64,000 nt of DNA from Patescibacteria group bacterium (lineage in GTDB: Bacteria > Patescibacteriota > Patescibacteriia > Patescibacteriales > UBA12465), in assembly GCA_028692765.1 (NCBI GenBank), contig JAQUWT010000001.1, positions 15,695 to 79,694 of the forward strand, given 5' to 3'. The notes below the pieces were generated by a model that did not search any database, was not told where the DNA came from, and saw nothing but the letters and a program-made list of their open reading frames with translations. Below are positions 44,981 through 54,800 of the stretch, in pieces (positions within the stretch are counted from its first letter, which is position 1; every line of letters begins with the position of its first letter). A program made the position numbers and the translations under genes.

Positions 44981-45276
44981 TAGCATTTCGGATAGTTCTT
45001 TCTATCAACATTATTATTAAGGCCTCTGTTTTTATTCAGGGGCCTTTTTCATTTCTTTAAATTAGTTTTTATGTCTAAAAATAGAATAAATATAATTTTA
45101 TTTTAAATAATAAAATCAATAAATGTTATTGATTTAGAGATTTGCAAGAAAATCTGACAAGATGCGTATTAAGTGTCAGAGGCGCCCGACTATATTGGTT
45201 TATAAATTTAAAAATAATATTTTTTTCAACTTCAGCCGCTTTAAGCGATAGCTGGGGAAGAAAAATCCATAAAAAT

Positions 45277-45780
45277 ATGAAAAAGAAAAATATCATTACC
45301 GCCAGCGCTTTAAGCCTGGCCACCATCGCTTTAGCCGCCGGCTTTGCTTTCAGTGCTTATGCTCAAACCGGCGATACCGCTACCGCCAATCAGGCCGGTA
45401 ATAGAACAGGCCGCCAGTTTAGAATGGAAAATAATTTGACCGATGAGCAGAAAGCGGAGATGGAAGCGAAACGGACGGAGATGGAAGCAAAGATGGAGGC
45501 TAATCGCGCCGCGATGCAGACCGCCATCAATAGCGGCAATTATGATACTTGGGTAGCCGCCGTGAAAGCGCAAATGGGCGAGCAGGCTCCGATTCTAAGC
45601 CAGGTAACGGCGGATAATTTTTCCCAATTCGTTGAGGCGCATCAATTAATGGACCAAGCTCGAGAGAAATTGCAAGCCATTGGCGTCGACGAAGGCATGG
45701 GCTTCGGTCACGGTCCGGAAAAAGGCATGGGTCGCGGCTTTGGTTTTGCCCATCAGGCGGATGCCGCTGATGCCCAGTAA
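45277..45780 (+). CDS. Secreted LTXXQ-motif (CpxP/Spy-like) helical protein
   Basis: Signal peptide MKKKNIITASALSLATIALAAGFAFSAYA, then an LTDEQKAEMEAKRTEMEAKMEANRAAM helical repeat. The ORF-track start at 45142 is an upstream extension. Confidence 0.5.
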   Translation: MKKKNIITASALSLATIALAAGFAFSAYAQTGDTATANQAGNRTGRQFRMENNLTDEQKAEMEAKRTEMEAKMEANRAAMQTAINSGNYDTWVAAVKAQMGEQAPILSQVTADNFSQFVEAHQLMDQAREKLQAIGVDEGMGFGHGPEKGMGRGFGFAHQADAADAQ

Positions 45781-45835
45781 TTGATAGTAATATAAATAAT
45801 CAGCTGGGCGGCGGTTAATCCTGCCGCCCAAGCAA

Positions 45836-45862
45836 AGAGCCTCCGAAGAAGAGGCTCTTTTG
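45836..45862 (+). terminator. Rho-independent terminator (a second GC hairpin lies at 45806-45829)
   Basis: agagcctc-cgaagaa-gaggctct followed by tttt. Confidence 0.7.
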
Positions 45863-45906
45863 TTATTCAATAAAAAAACGGTTTTGCTTTACGTTTTTTT
45901 GTCAAA

Positions 45907-46977
45907 TTAGAGTACTTGGAAAATATTCCACGCCAGATAGAGCAGATAAATGCTGATAAGGCCGAAGCCGGCAAATTTATTGATATGCCATTTTTTGGCC
46001 AATAAGAAGAGGAGGACGGAAATAACGGTCGCAAAGAGCAGGAAGATTGAACTGGTGAGATTTTCGGTGGCTACCGGTATGATTTTTCCGCCGATAGACA
46101 CTATGGCCCAGGGAAGGCCCAGGCCGATTAGGATGTCAAAAATATTGGAACCGATGGCATTGGAAATCGCCATGCCGCCGCGTCCTTGTCTGGCGACGAT
46201 AATGGACGACATTAGGTCGGGGATGCTGGTGCCGGCCGCCAAGACGGTTAGGCCGATAATAACCGCCGGGATATTGAGGATATTGGCAATTTCTACCGCA
46301 CTCTCTACCAGCACCCAGCTTAAGGCGGCGATAAAGAGAATGGAAATAAAGAAGACGCGGTAATAGTATTTTTCAGCCGGGAAAATGAAGTCTAAGCTTT
46401 TATTAACGGCGCCGATTAAGCGGCCGAATAAATTTTTCTTTTTTTCTTCCTCTTTCAAGCCTTCTTCTAGCACCTCTGTCGGCTCAATCGCCTCGTCTTT
46501 ATATGGTAGGATTTCCCGCCATTTCATAACCGCAAATACATAGACAATATAAAGAGCTAAAAATAGTCCGGCTTCGAAAAAAGTGATGCGTCCGTCCCAA
46601 AAGGCGAGAATAAGAAGAACGATGCTTAGAGAATAGAAGGCGGTATCTCTGATTACCGGCTGCCAAGCGATTAGAGCTTTGCGCGCGAGCGCCGAAGCGC
46701 CGATTATGACCAGAATGTTAAATAGAGCCGAACCGACAATCGTACCGGCGCCGACCGCTTCGTTTCCGGGATGGAAGAGGGCGATGAAAGAGACAAAAAG
46801 TTCGGGGGCACTGGAGCCGATAGCCATCAGCGTCGCTCCGGCCATGTCGGAATTCATTTTTAGTTTTTCCGCGATTTTATCCAACGAGAAGACAAAATAG
46901 CGGTCGCAGACCACTGCCAGCAGATAAAAAGAAGCCAGCAAAGCGAGCGTGTAGAGAATTAGAGCCATAGGTTGCAA
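45907..46977 (-). CDS. Ca2+/Na+ antiporter family protein (CaCA, YrbG-like)
   Basis: Two alpha-repeats (GSSAPELFVS...GTIVGSALFNILVIIG and GTSIPDLMSSIIVARQG...SNAIGSNIFDILIGLG). Confidence 0.85.
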   Translation of the reverse strand: MQPMALILYTLALLASFYLLAVVCDRYFVFSLDKIAEKLKMNSDMAGATLMAIGSSAPELFVSFIALFHPGNEAVGAGTIVGSALFNILVIIGASALARKALIAWQPVIRDTAFYSLSIVLLILAFWDGRITFFEAGLFLALYIVYVFAVMKWREILPYKDEAIEPTEVLEEGLKEEEKKKNLFGRLIGAVNKSLDFIFPAEKYYYRVFFISILFIAALSWVLVESAVEIANILNIPAVIIGLTVLAAGTSIPDLMSSIIVARQGRGGMAISNAIGSNIFDILIGLGLPWAIVSIGGKIIPVATENLTSSIFLLFATVISVLLFLLAKKWHINKFAGFGLISIYLLYLAWNIFQVL

Positions 46978-47091
46978 TTAAATATTTATGGTTATAACTT
47001 AACATATTTATTTATTTTTGTCAGCCGACTTAATTTGTTGCCGGCCTTGTTTCTGTGTTATAATTAATATTATCCCTTTTAATTATCATGC

Positions 47092-48768
47092 ATGGAATCT
47101 AATCTTTTTTTACAGCTCAGCGCCCTTTTAGCCATCACTGTCAGCGTGGCTTTTTTTGTGCGCCTAGCTAAGCAGCCGTTATTAGTTGCTTATATTGTCG
47201 CCGGCATTATCGGCGGCCCGCTGCTTTTGAATATTTTGCCGGCCGATGAGCCGATGTATCATGCTTTCGCCAATTTCGGCGTGGTTTTATTATTATTTAT
47301 TATCGGCTTGGATTTGAATTTTGCTTATCTGAAAAAAATCGGTAAGGAAGCGATTATTATCGGCGCTCTCCAGTTTCTATTAAATTTTGCTCTGTTACTG
47401 CCCCTGGCTCATTATTTCGGCCTCAGTTGGCAAGGTTCTTTGTTTTTGGCTCTGGCGGCTTGTTTTTCCAGTACCATTGTCGTTTTAAAGGTATTGAATG
47501 ACAAGCAGGACGAAGAAGCGGTTTATGGCCGCTATACCATCGGCTTGATGCTGGTCCAGGATTTGATTTCTATCTTAATTCTATTATATCTCAGCTTTTC
47601 TGCCCCCGGCAGCTTGATGGCTGATAATTCCGTGTGGTTTATTGTTAAGGCGGTAGCGGTTATTGCCGGTATCATTATCGCCGCTAAATATCTCTTGCCT
47701 TTTATACTGGCTAAAATTTCTTCGTCTGGAGAATTCCTATTTATCTTTACGGTGGCTTGGTGCTTCGGAGTCGCTTCTTTGCTGCTCTGGAGCGGATTTT
47801 CTTTGGAGGTCGGAGCGGTGATTGCCGGTCTTAGTCTCGGTTCCTCTCGGTTCCAGGCGGAAATCGCCAGCCGCATCAAGCCTCTGCGCGATTTTTTCAT
47901 CGTTATCTTTTTTCTGTTATTGGGAAGCGGCGCCGATTTTACCCATTTACATTCCGTATTGGCGCCCGCCTTATTGCTGTCCATTTTTATTTTAATTGTT
48001 AAGCCGATAATTTTATATATATTATTCCGTAGCCGCCGCTTTACGCGCCGCAATAGTTTTTTAGCGGCATTAACAGCCGGCCAACTGAGTGAATTTGGCT
48101 TTATCATCTTATTTGCCGCTTCCGCTTTCGGCTATCTTAGCGGCAGCGAGACCGCCATATTTACGATAGCCGCCATTATCACCATCTTTTTTTCATCTTA
48201 TGCTATGACTTTCAGTTATAGGCTGTATAATTTTTTCCTGCCTTTATTTTTGCTGTTCGGTCCGGATACGCGCATCCAGGAAGAGGATAAGAAAGAGACG
48301 TTTGAAGCTATTATTTTTGGCTATCATCGCACCGGCTGGAAAATAGGGCAGGCATTAAAAAAGAAAAAAATCAGTTTTGCCGCGGTTGATTTCAACCCTG
48401 AGAGCGTTGTTAATTTCAAGCGCCAGGGCGTGCGTTCTTTTTTCGGCGACGCTTCCGATATCGAATTTCTGCAGTCTCTGCCTTGGGACTCGGTTAAAAT
48501 AGTTATTTCTACCATTCCGTCGCCCGAGGACCAGTTGGTGTTGATTAATTTCGTGCGCCGCTCTAATCCTAAGGCGATTATCCTTGCCAGTTTGTATCAA
48601 AAGAAATATCTGCCGTCTTTATATGAAGCCGGGGCCGATTATGTTATTTTGCCTCATCTGCTGGGTGGCGCTTGGACGGCGGCAGTGATTGCCGGCGGCG
48701 CTTTATCCCGCCGCTCCGATTGGCAGAAATATCGCCGTCAGCAGGCTCGCGATCTTAACGGCAGCTAA
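47092..48768 (+). CDS. Monovalent cation:proton antiporter-2 (CPA2, KefB-like) with a C-terminal TrkA-N/RCK domain
   Basis: 12-13 TM Na_H exchanger domain, then FGYHRTGWKIGQAL (Rossmann GxGxxG-like of RCK). Confidence 0.8.
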   Translation: MESNLFLQLSALLAITVSVAFFVRLAKQPLLVAYIVAGIIGGPLLLNILPADEPMYHAFANFGVVLLLFIIGLDLNFAYLKKIGKEAIIIGALQFLLNFALLLPLAHYFGLSWQGSLFLALAACFSSTIVVLKVLNDKQDEEAVYGRYTIGLMLVQDLISILILLYLSFSAPGSLMADNSVWFIVKAVAVIAGIIIAAKYLLPFILAKISSSGEFLFIFTVAWCFGVASLLLWSGFSLEVGAVIAGLSLGSSRFQAEIASRIKPLRDFFIVIFFLLLGSGADFTHLHSVLAPALLLSIFILIVKPIILYILFRSRRFTRRNSFLAALTAGQLSEFGFIILFAASAFGYLSGSETAIFTIAAIITIFFSSYAMTFSYRLYNFFLPLFLLFGPDTRIQEEDKKETFEAIIFGYHRTGWKIGQALKKKKISFAAVDFNPESVVNFKRQGVRSFFGDASDIEFLQSLPWDSVKIVISTIPSPEDQLVLINFVRRSNPKAIILASLYQKKYLPSLYEAGADYVILPHLLGGAWTAAVIAGGALSRRSDWQKYRRQQARDLNGS

Positions 48769-48773
48769 TTGTT

Positions 48774-50279
48774 ATGGAAGATTTTTCTTTATCAAATTTA
48801 GCTTTTTCCAGACGCCGCCATGAGGTGCGGCGTTCTTGCGCGCATCCTTTACTGACTCAAGAGAGAGTATTTCGTTATTTGATTAATAAAGGGCGCCGGA
48901 CAGCTTGGGGCCGCCAGTATGGCTATAAAGACTTTAAAGATTATAAAGATTTTCAGAGCGCGGTGCCCATCAGTTCCTATGAAGATTTACGCGTTTATAT
49001 CGAGCGTCTTCTGCAGGGAGAAAATTATATCCTTTGGCCGGAAAAGATAAAATATTTTTCTAAATCTTCCGGCACTACCGGCAGTAAAAGCAAGTATATT
49101 CCGGTCAGCGCCAGCGCTCTTAACGATTGCCATTATCGCGGCGGCCGGAGTCTTTTCGCCACTTATTTCGCTCAAAATTTCGACTCCAATCTGTTGTTGG
49201 GGCAGAATTTTGCTTTAGGCGGGAGCCGCCAGTCTGATGGCATCGGCGCGAATAAATATATCGCCGACGTTTCCGCCATCTTAATGAAAAATTTGCCTTG
49301 GTGGGCGCAATTGCGGCGTAGTCCGCGTTTCAGCGTGGCCGCTATGGGCGAATGGGAAGAAAAATTAGAACGCATCGCCGAGATTATCGCCTATCAGAAT
49401 ATCGTCAGTATTTCCGGCGTTCCTTCTTGGAATTTAGTGCTGGCCAAAAAAATCTTAGAAATTACCGGTAAAAAAAACTTGCGGGAAGTCTGGCCTAATT
49501 TAGAATTATTTATCCATGGCGGCATTAGCTTCGCTCCTTATCGTTCCCAATTTGAAGCTTTAATTCCCGGAAAAATGAATTATTTGGAGGTCTATAACGC
49601 TTCCGAGGGTTTTTTCGCCTTTCAAGACGATTTGTCTCGCAGCGACATGCTTTTATTTTTAAACGGCGGCGTTTTTTACGAATTTGTGCCCTTATCGGAA
49701 TTATCGAAATCATCGCCGCGGGCCCTTACTCTGGCCGAAGTGGAATTAGATAAGCATTACGCTTTAGTGATTTCCACCAATGCCGGTCTTTGGCGCTATT
49801 TAATCGGAGACACCGTTAAGTTTACCTGCCTTAATCCTTTCCGCATTATCATATCGGGTAGAACCAAGAGCTTTATCAATGCTTGCGGCGAAGAATTGGT
49901 AGTGGAAAACGCCGAACAAGCGGTGCAAGCGGCCTGTGTTCGCTGTCAAGCTATTGTGAAGGAGTATACGGCCGCTCCTAAGTTTTCCGATAACGCCGCG
50001 GCCGCCTATCACGAATGGCTGTTTGAATTTGAGCAAGAGCCTCTTTCTTTGTCGGAATTCGCTCGGGCCTTAGATGAAGAATTAAAAAAGCGCAATTCCG
50101 ATTATGAAGCGAAGCGTTATAAGGACTTGAATTTGTCGGAGCCTGTGCTGATGAAGGCGCGTCCAGGGCTATTTTATAACTGGCTTAAAGCCAATAAACG
50201 TTTGGGCGGACAGTCAAAAATACCTCGTTTAGCTAATGACAGACAAATATTTGCTTCTTTGCTGGCTTTAAACCGATAG
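48774..50279 (+). CDS. GH3 family (acyl-acid amido synthetase / auxin-responsive GH3-like) adenylating enzyme
   Basis: SSGTTGSKSKYIP motif and overall 500-aa ANL-superfamily layout typical of bacterial GH3 proteins. Confidence 0.7.
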   Translation: MEDFSLSNLAFSRRRHEVRRSCAHPLLTQERVFRYLINKGRRTAWGRQYGYKDFKDYKDFQSAVPISSYEDLRVYIERLLQGENYILWPEKIKYFSKSSGTTGSKSKYIPVSASALNDCHYRGGRSLFATYFAQNFDSNLLLGQNFALGGSRQSDGIGANKYIADVSAILMKNLPWWAQLRRSPRFSVAAMGEWEEKLERIAEIIAYQNIVSISGVPSWNLVLAKKILEITGKKNLREVWPNLELFIHGGISFAPYRSQFEALIPGKMNYLEVYNASEGFFAFQDDLSRSDMLLFLNGGVFYEFVPLSELSKSSPRALTLAEVELDKHYALVISTNAGLWRYLIGDTVKFTCLNPFRIIISGRTKSFINACGEELVVENAEQAVQAACVRCQAIVKEYTAAPKFSDNAAAAYHEWLFEFEQEPLSLSEFARALDEELKKRNSDYEAKRYKDLNLSEPVLMKARPGLFYNWLKANKRLGGQSKIPRLANDRQIFASLLALNR

Positions 50280-50329
50280 GAAAAGAAGAAAATAGCTGCT
50301 TAGGCGTATTATTTATATACAATATCATC

Positions 50330-50914
50330 ATGGATAATGCCCTTAAAACTAAAGATTTGGAGGATGCAGAGCTGGTGAGGCTGAGTTTGGCCGACCCGGA
50401 CAAGTTTTCGCTTGTCATTGGTCGCTATCAAGAAAAATTGTCCCGTTATGTTCGGCGTTTAGGCGCTTCCAGCCCCGAGGATGCCGAAGATATTTTGCAG
50501 GATATTTTTTTGAAGATTTATCTCAACTTAAATGATTTTAACCCCGATTTAAAGTTTTCCTCCTGGGTTTATCGCATTGCCCATAATCAGGTAATTAGCC
50601 ATTTCCGCAAGCGCCAAGTGCGCCCTGAAGCCCATTCTTTGCCGATTGACAGCCCCGGCTTCCAGCTACTGGCCGATGATATCTCTTTGGATAAGCAATC
50701 TGATATCAATTTGCGCCAAGCAGCTATCACTGAAGCTTTAAATAAGCTGGATGCCCGCTATCGAGAAATTTTGATTTTGAAATTTTTTGAAGACAAGAGC
50801 TATCAAGAAATTTCTGATATTTTGAAAAAGCCGGCCGGTACGGTCGCATCTTTATTAAATCGCGCCAAGAAATCCTTAAAGAATTCTTTGCCAGCTAAAA
50901 TGGCAGAATTATAA
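50330..50914 (+). CDS. ECF-subfamily RNA polymerase sigma-70 factor
   Basis: Region 2 (DILQDIFLKIY...FSSWVYRIAHNQV) and a region 4 HTH (SYQEISDILKKPAGTVASLLNRAKKSLK). Confidence 0.85.
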   Translation: MDNALKTKDLEDAELVRLSLADPDKFSLVIGRYQEKLSRYVRRLGASSPEDAEDILQDIFLKIYLNLNDFNPDLKFSSWVYRIAHNQVISHFRKRQVRPEAHSLPIDSPGFQLLADDISLDKQSDINLRQAAITEALNKLDARYREILILKFFEDKSYQEISDILKKPAGTVASLLNRAKKSLKNSLPAKMAEL

Positions 50915-50918
50915 ATAT

Positions 50919-51884
50919 ATGTCCGATAATTTAGAACAAAAAATAATAGAGAAAATTAAGCACGAAAGCTTGGCGCCGACGCCGCGCTGGCATTTTTTGC
51001 TCAAAGAATGGCTGGTCTGGCTGGTGGGCGTTTTATCTCTGTTGGTGGGCGCGGCTGCTGTTTCTGTCATGATTTATCTGTCAAAGAATAATGACTTATT
51101 CATTTACGACCAAGTCGGCCGGAGTTTTAGCGGCTGGCTCCTGCTTTCTCTGCCTTATTTCTGGATTGTTTTTTTAACCCTGTTCGTTTGGATTCTTTTT
51201 TATAATATCAAGCACACCAAGCGCGGTTATCGCTATCCTCTATTTTTAATCGCTTTGTTTTCTGTTTTTGCCAGCGTATTGTTGGGCGGCGCCTTTTCTT
51301 TGTTTGGTTTGGGGGAAAAAATAGATGATGTGCTGGGCCGGCAGGCGCCGTTTTATGATATTATCTTTAACCCCCATGTCGATATCTGGTCGCGGCCGGA
51401 GGAAGGCCGTTTATCCGGTTTGGTAATTTCTAATTCCAGTGAAAACACTTTTGTCCTTGTCGATAGGGAAAGGGAAGAGTGGCAGGTTGCTTATTCCGGA
51501 AAAGAAGGTAGCGGCGGCAATAATGCCGTAATTGTCGGGCAGCCCGTAAGAGCAATCGGCAAGGTTACTGGAGAAGGTTTGTTTTCTGCTCAGAAAATTA
51601 TGGCGATGCAGCCAGGAAGAGAATTTTTCCGACGGCTCAAGCCGGAAGGGGCGCCACCGCTGAATTTCGGTCCAGGCAAGGATGCTCCGGCCTGTTTAGC
51701 CGATAGAGGGAAATTGTTAGATTGGCTGCGGCAGTATCCTGAATTAAAGCAAGCCTTAGAGCAAGGATTGCTTGATAATCAAGATTTGATTAGAGAAATT
51801 AGCGCCGATAATCCCGATTTTCTGCCGATGCTTCAATCTTTAAATGTTTCTCCCGAAACTATTCAAATAATCTTTAGCCGATAA
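50919..51884 (+). CDS. Putative membrane anti-sigma factor / hypothetical membrane protein co-transcribed with the ECF sigma
   Basis: 4-nt gap after the sigma gene. Short cytoplasmic N-terminus, three TM segments, and a ~170-aa extracytoplasmic domain. Confidence 0.4.
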   Translation: MSDNLEQKIIEKIKHESLAPTPRWHFLLKEWLVWLVGVLSLLVGAAAVSVMIYLSKNNDLFIYDQVGRSFSGWLLLSLPYFWIVFLTLFVWILFYNIKHTKRGYRYPLFLIALFSVFASVLLGGAFSLFGLGEKIDDVLGRQAPFYDIIFNPHVDIWSRPEEGRLSGLVISNSSENTFVLVDREREEWQVAYSGKEGSGGNNAVIVGQPVRAIGKVTGEGLFSAQKIMAMQPGREFFRRLKPEGAPPLNFGPGKDAPACLADRGKLLDWLRQYPELKQALEQGLLDNQDLIREISADNPDFLPMLQSLNVSPETIQIIFSR

Positions 51885-51901
51885 TAGAGAATTATCAAAA
51901 A

Positions 51902-51928
51902 ACTCGAATCTGTTGATTCGGGTTTTTT
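51902..51928 (+). terminator. Rho-independent terminator
   Basis: ctcgaatc-tgtt-gattcggg followed by tttttt. Confidence 0.7.
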
Positions 51929-51987
51929 AATGGAAGAAAATTTCCGGTTTTGCGTATTATTAATTAAAGAAAGCTAATTTTTATTTT

Positions 51988-54087
51988 ATGGTCAACAACT
52001 CTCCGTCCGCCCCTGGTTTAGCTAAAGCTAAAAAAACTCGTTGGCGGCGAATTTTGCGTTCAAAATGGTTTTACGCCTTACTGCTGGTTTTAGCGGTGGG
52101 CTCTTTCTATTATTACCGCCAAGCCCAAGGCCTCGGTTCCGAGACGCGCTATGTGCTAAGCGCTGTAGCTACCAGTACGGTGATTAACACAATCTCCGGC
52201 ACCGGTGAAGTATCGGCTACCAATCAAATTAGTATTATACCCGGAGCTTCAGGCGATATTTTAGAATTAAACATTAGCGCCGGACAAAAAGTGCAAGCCG
52301 GAGAGGTCATCGCTCGTCTGGATGATTCCGATGCCCAATCACAAGTGCGCCAAGCAAAAAATTCCTTATCATCCGCTCAAGCTAACTTAGCGGTGAAGCT
52401 GGCCGGTCCCAGTGAGCAGGAATTGGCAGTGTCGCAAAAATCCGTAGATTCCGCCAAAATGTCTTATGATATTTCTTTGAAGAATCTGGAATACGTCAAA
52501 CAGTCTAATGAAGATAGTCTTTCTAAAGCCCAATTGGCTCTTGATAATGCGCAAAGAGCTTATGACAATGCCGTCGCTTCCTCCGGCCTATCTTCGAGTT
52601 CCGATACTAACAGCTTGGATAAGGCCTATAGCGACGCTAAAGGCGCTTTGGCTTCCGCTCAAGTATCTTTACGCTCAGCTTTAGTTTCGGCTGATAATAT
52701 TTTAGAAAAAAATAATTATAATACTGCCAGCCATAATTACAAGCCGTATTTGGGAGTGCGCAATTCCCAGTCTATCAATAATGCGGATAGCGCTTATGAA
52801 GCCGCTCGCCGTAGTTTTATCGATTTATCTGAAGATTATGCCGCGGCTTCTACTGCCTGGACTAATGACAGCATCAAATCTTTATTATCGGAGACAAAAG
52901 AGACTGCCGGCTTGATGCAGTCTTTATCAACCGCTGTTTCCAACATGCTGATTAATTCAATTACCGCCGCTGACTTCAGCCAATCTACTCTCGATTCTTA
53001 TAAACAGTCGGCTTCTTCCCAGGAATCATCCATGATTTCCTTGTCTAATTCTTTGCAGTCTTCTATCCAATCTTTAGCCAATGCCGAACTTAATTCTTCT
53101 TCTTCCGATTTATCTTCGAACAATAGCGTAGCCAATGCCAAGTCTTCTTTGACTTCGGCTCAAAATACTTTGAAACAGACCATTTTAGATAATCAAAAAA
53201 GCCTTGATTCCGCCAATAACGATGTTGCCGCCAAAAGGAATTCCTACGAGAGCGCCCAAGCGCAGTTAGATTTGAAAACGGCCAAGCCGCGCGAGGTGGA
53301 ATTAACTTCTTATTATCTGCAAATTTCTACCGCTGAGGTCAACTATCAGGAGGCTCTGGATAATTTGGCGGAGACCGAGGTTAAAGCGCCGATTGACGGC
53401 ATCATCGCCCGAGTAAATAAGAAGGTCGGTGACAGTATCCGGGACAGCGATGCCGGCGATCCTTTGGCTACGATTATTACAGAGGAGAAGATGGCGGTGA
53501 TTGCTTTAAATGAGGTCGATGTCGCCCAAGTAGCTAAGGGACAGAAGGCGATTCTGACATTCAGCGCTCTGGAGGATTTGGATATGACCGGGACGGTGGT
53601 AGAAATAAATGACATCGGTACCGTCAGCCAGGGAGTAGTGAGTTATGAAGTGAAGATTGTGCTTGATTCCCAAGACGAGAGAATCAAGCCGCAAATGACC
53701 GTTTCTGCCGATATCATCGTTGATAAGAGCGTTGATGTTTTGACCGTGCCTAATGCGGCGGTAAAATCTGATGATAACGGCGATTATTATGTGGATGTTC
53801 TGGAATTTTCCGGCACGCCCGATTCGTCCGGAGTGTCTTCCTCTAAAGAACCGGCGGCGGTTTATGTAATTACTGGATTATCGGACGATACCAACACGGA
53901 AATCAAGAGCGGCTTGGAACCGGGTCAGTATGTTGTGCTTAGGACTGTCATCGCCAGCGTCTCCTCCTCAAGTTCGGCTGATAATAAGACGAGCGCGGCC
54001 AGTCTCTTGGGCGGCTCCAGCTCTAATCGCGCTCTGCGTTCTTCTGGGGTTACTAGTATGCCAGCCGGGGGCCCTCCGGGAATGTAA
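51988..54087 (+). CDS. HlyD-family periplasmic adaptor (second MacA-like paralog, 699 aa, extended S/A/Q-rich coiled coil)
   Basis: Same architecture as the 39095-41029 product. C-terminal S-rich low-complexity tail. Confidence 0.8.
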   Translation: MVNNSPSAPGLAKAKKTRWRRILRSKWFYALLLVLAVGSFYYYRQAQGLGSETRYVLSAVATSTVINTISGTGEVSATNQISIIPGASGDILELNISAGQKVQAGEVIARLDDSDAQSQVRQAKNSLSSAQANLAVKLAGPSEQELAVSQKSVDSAKMSYDISLKNLEYVKQSNEDSLSKAQLALDNAQRAYDNAVASSGLSSSSDTNSLDKAYSDAKGALASAQVSLRSALVSADNILEKNNYNTASHNYKPYLGVRNSQSINNADSAYEAARRSFIDLSEDYAAASTAWTNDSIKSLLSETKETAGLMQSLSTAVSNMLINSITAADFSQSTLDSYKQSASSQESSMISLSNSLQSSIQSLANAELNSSSSDLSSNNSVANAKSSLTSAQNTLKQTILDNQKSLDSANNDVAAKRNSYESAQAQLDLKTAKPREVELTSYYLQISTAEVNYQEALDNLAETEVKAPIDGIIARVNKKVGDSIRDSDAGDPLATIITEEKMAVIALNEVDVAQVAKGQKAILTFSALEDLDMTGTVVEINDIGTVSQGVVSYEVKIVLDSQDERIKPQMTVSADIIVDKSVDVLTVPNAAVKSDDNGDYYVDVLEFSGTPDSSGVSSSKEPAAVYVITGLSDDTNTEIKSGLEPGQYVVLRTVIASVSSSSSADNKTSAASLLGGSSSNRALRSSGVTSMPAGGPPGM

Positions 54088-54090
54088 TAT

Positions 54091-54795
54091 ATGCATAAAA
54101 AAAATCAATCGGCCGATGAAGTGATATCGTGCCGTAACATAAATAAAATTTACCAGACAGGTGATGTCGTTACCCAGGTTCTTTTTGATGTTTCTTTTTC
54201 CATCAAGAAAGGGGAGTTCGTCGCTATTACCGGTCCGTCCGGTTCCGGTAAATCTACCATCATGCACATTATCGGAGCGCTTGATTCTCCTTCTTCCGGT
54301 TCCTATTCTTTAGACGGACAGGATGTTTCCCAATTATCCGATGATGAATTGGCCGATATCAGAAAGAATAAGATTGGCTTTGTTTTTCAGTCTTTTAACC
54401 TTTTAAAAAGGACAAGCGTCTTAAGGAATGTAATTTTGCCTCTAGTCTATGCTGAAGTTCCGGCAGGAGAGCGCCATCAGCTGGCCGCTAAGGCTTTGCG
54501 TGCCGCCGGCTTGGACGAGGATCGCTGGCAGCATCTTTCCAACCAGCTTTCCGGCGGACAAATGCAGAGAGTGGCGATTGCCCGCGCTCTAGTCAATAAT
54601 CCCGCTATTATTTTGGCGGATGAGCCGACCGGCAATCTTGATACTAAGACCGGAGAAATAGTTTTAGAAACTTTTCGGCGCTTGAATAAGGAAGAGGGGC
54701 ACACTATCGTTTTAATCACCCATGAAGCCGATGTTGCCGCCCATGCCGATCGGATAATCTATATTAAAGACGGTCGTCTGGCCGATAATCTCTAG
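54091..54795 (+). CDS. ABC transporter ATP-binding protein (MacB/LolD family), second paralog
   Basis: GPSGSGKST, LSGGQMQRVAIARAL, ILADEPTGNLD. Confidence 0.9.
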   Translation: MHKKNQSADEVISCRNINKIYQTGDVVTQVLFDVSFSIKKGEFVAITGPSGSGKSTIMHIIGALDSPSSGSYSLDGQDVSQLSDDELADIRKNKIGFVFQSFNLLKRTSVLRNVILPLVYAEVPAGERHQLAAKALRAAGLDEDRWQHLSNQLSGGQMQRVAIARALVNNPAIILADEPTGNLDTKTGEIVLETFRRLNKEEGHTIVLITHEADVAAHADRIIYIKDGRLADNL

Positions 54796-54800
54796 AGTTT

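Noticed and set aside
47532-48107. 191-aa minus-strand ORF
   Set aside because: It is antisense inside the CPA2 antiporter gene.
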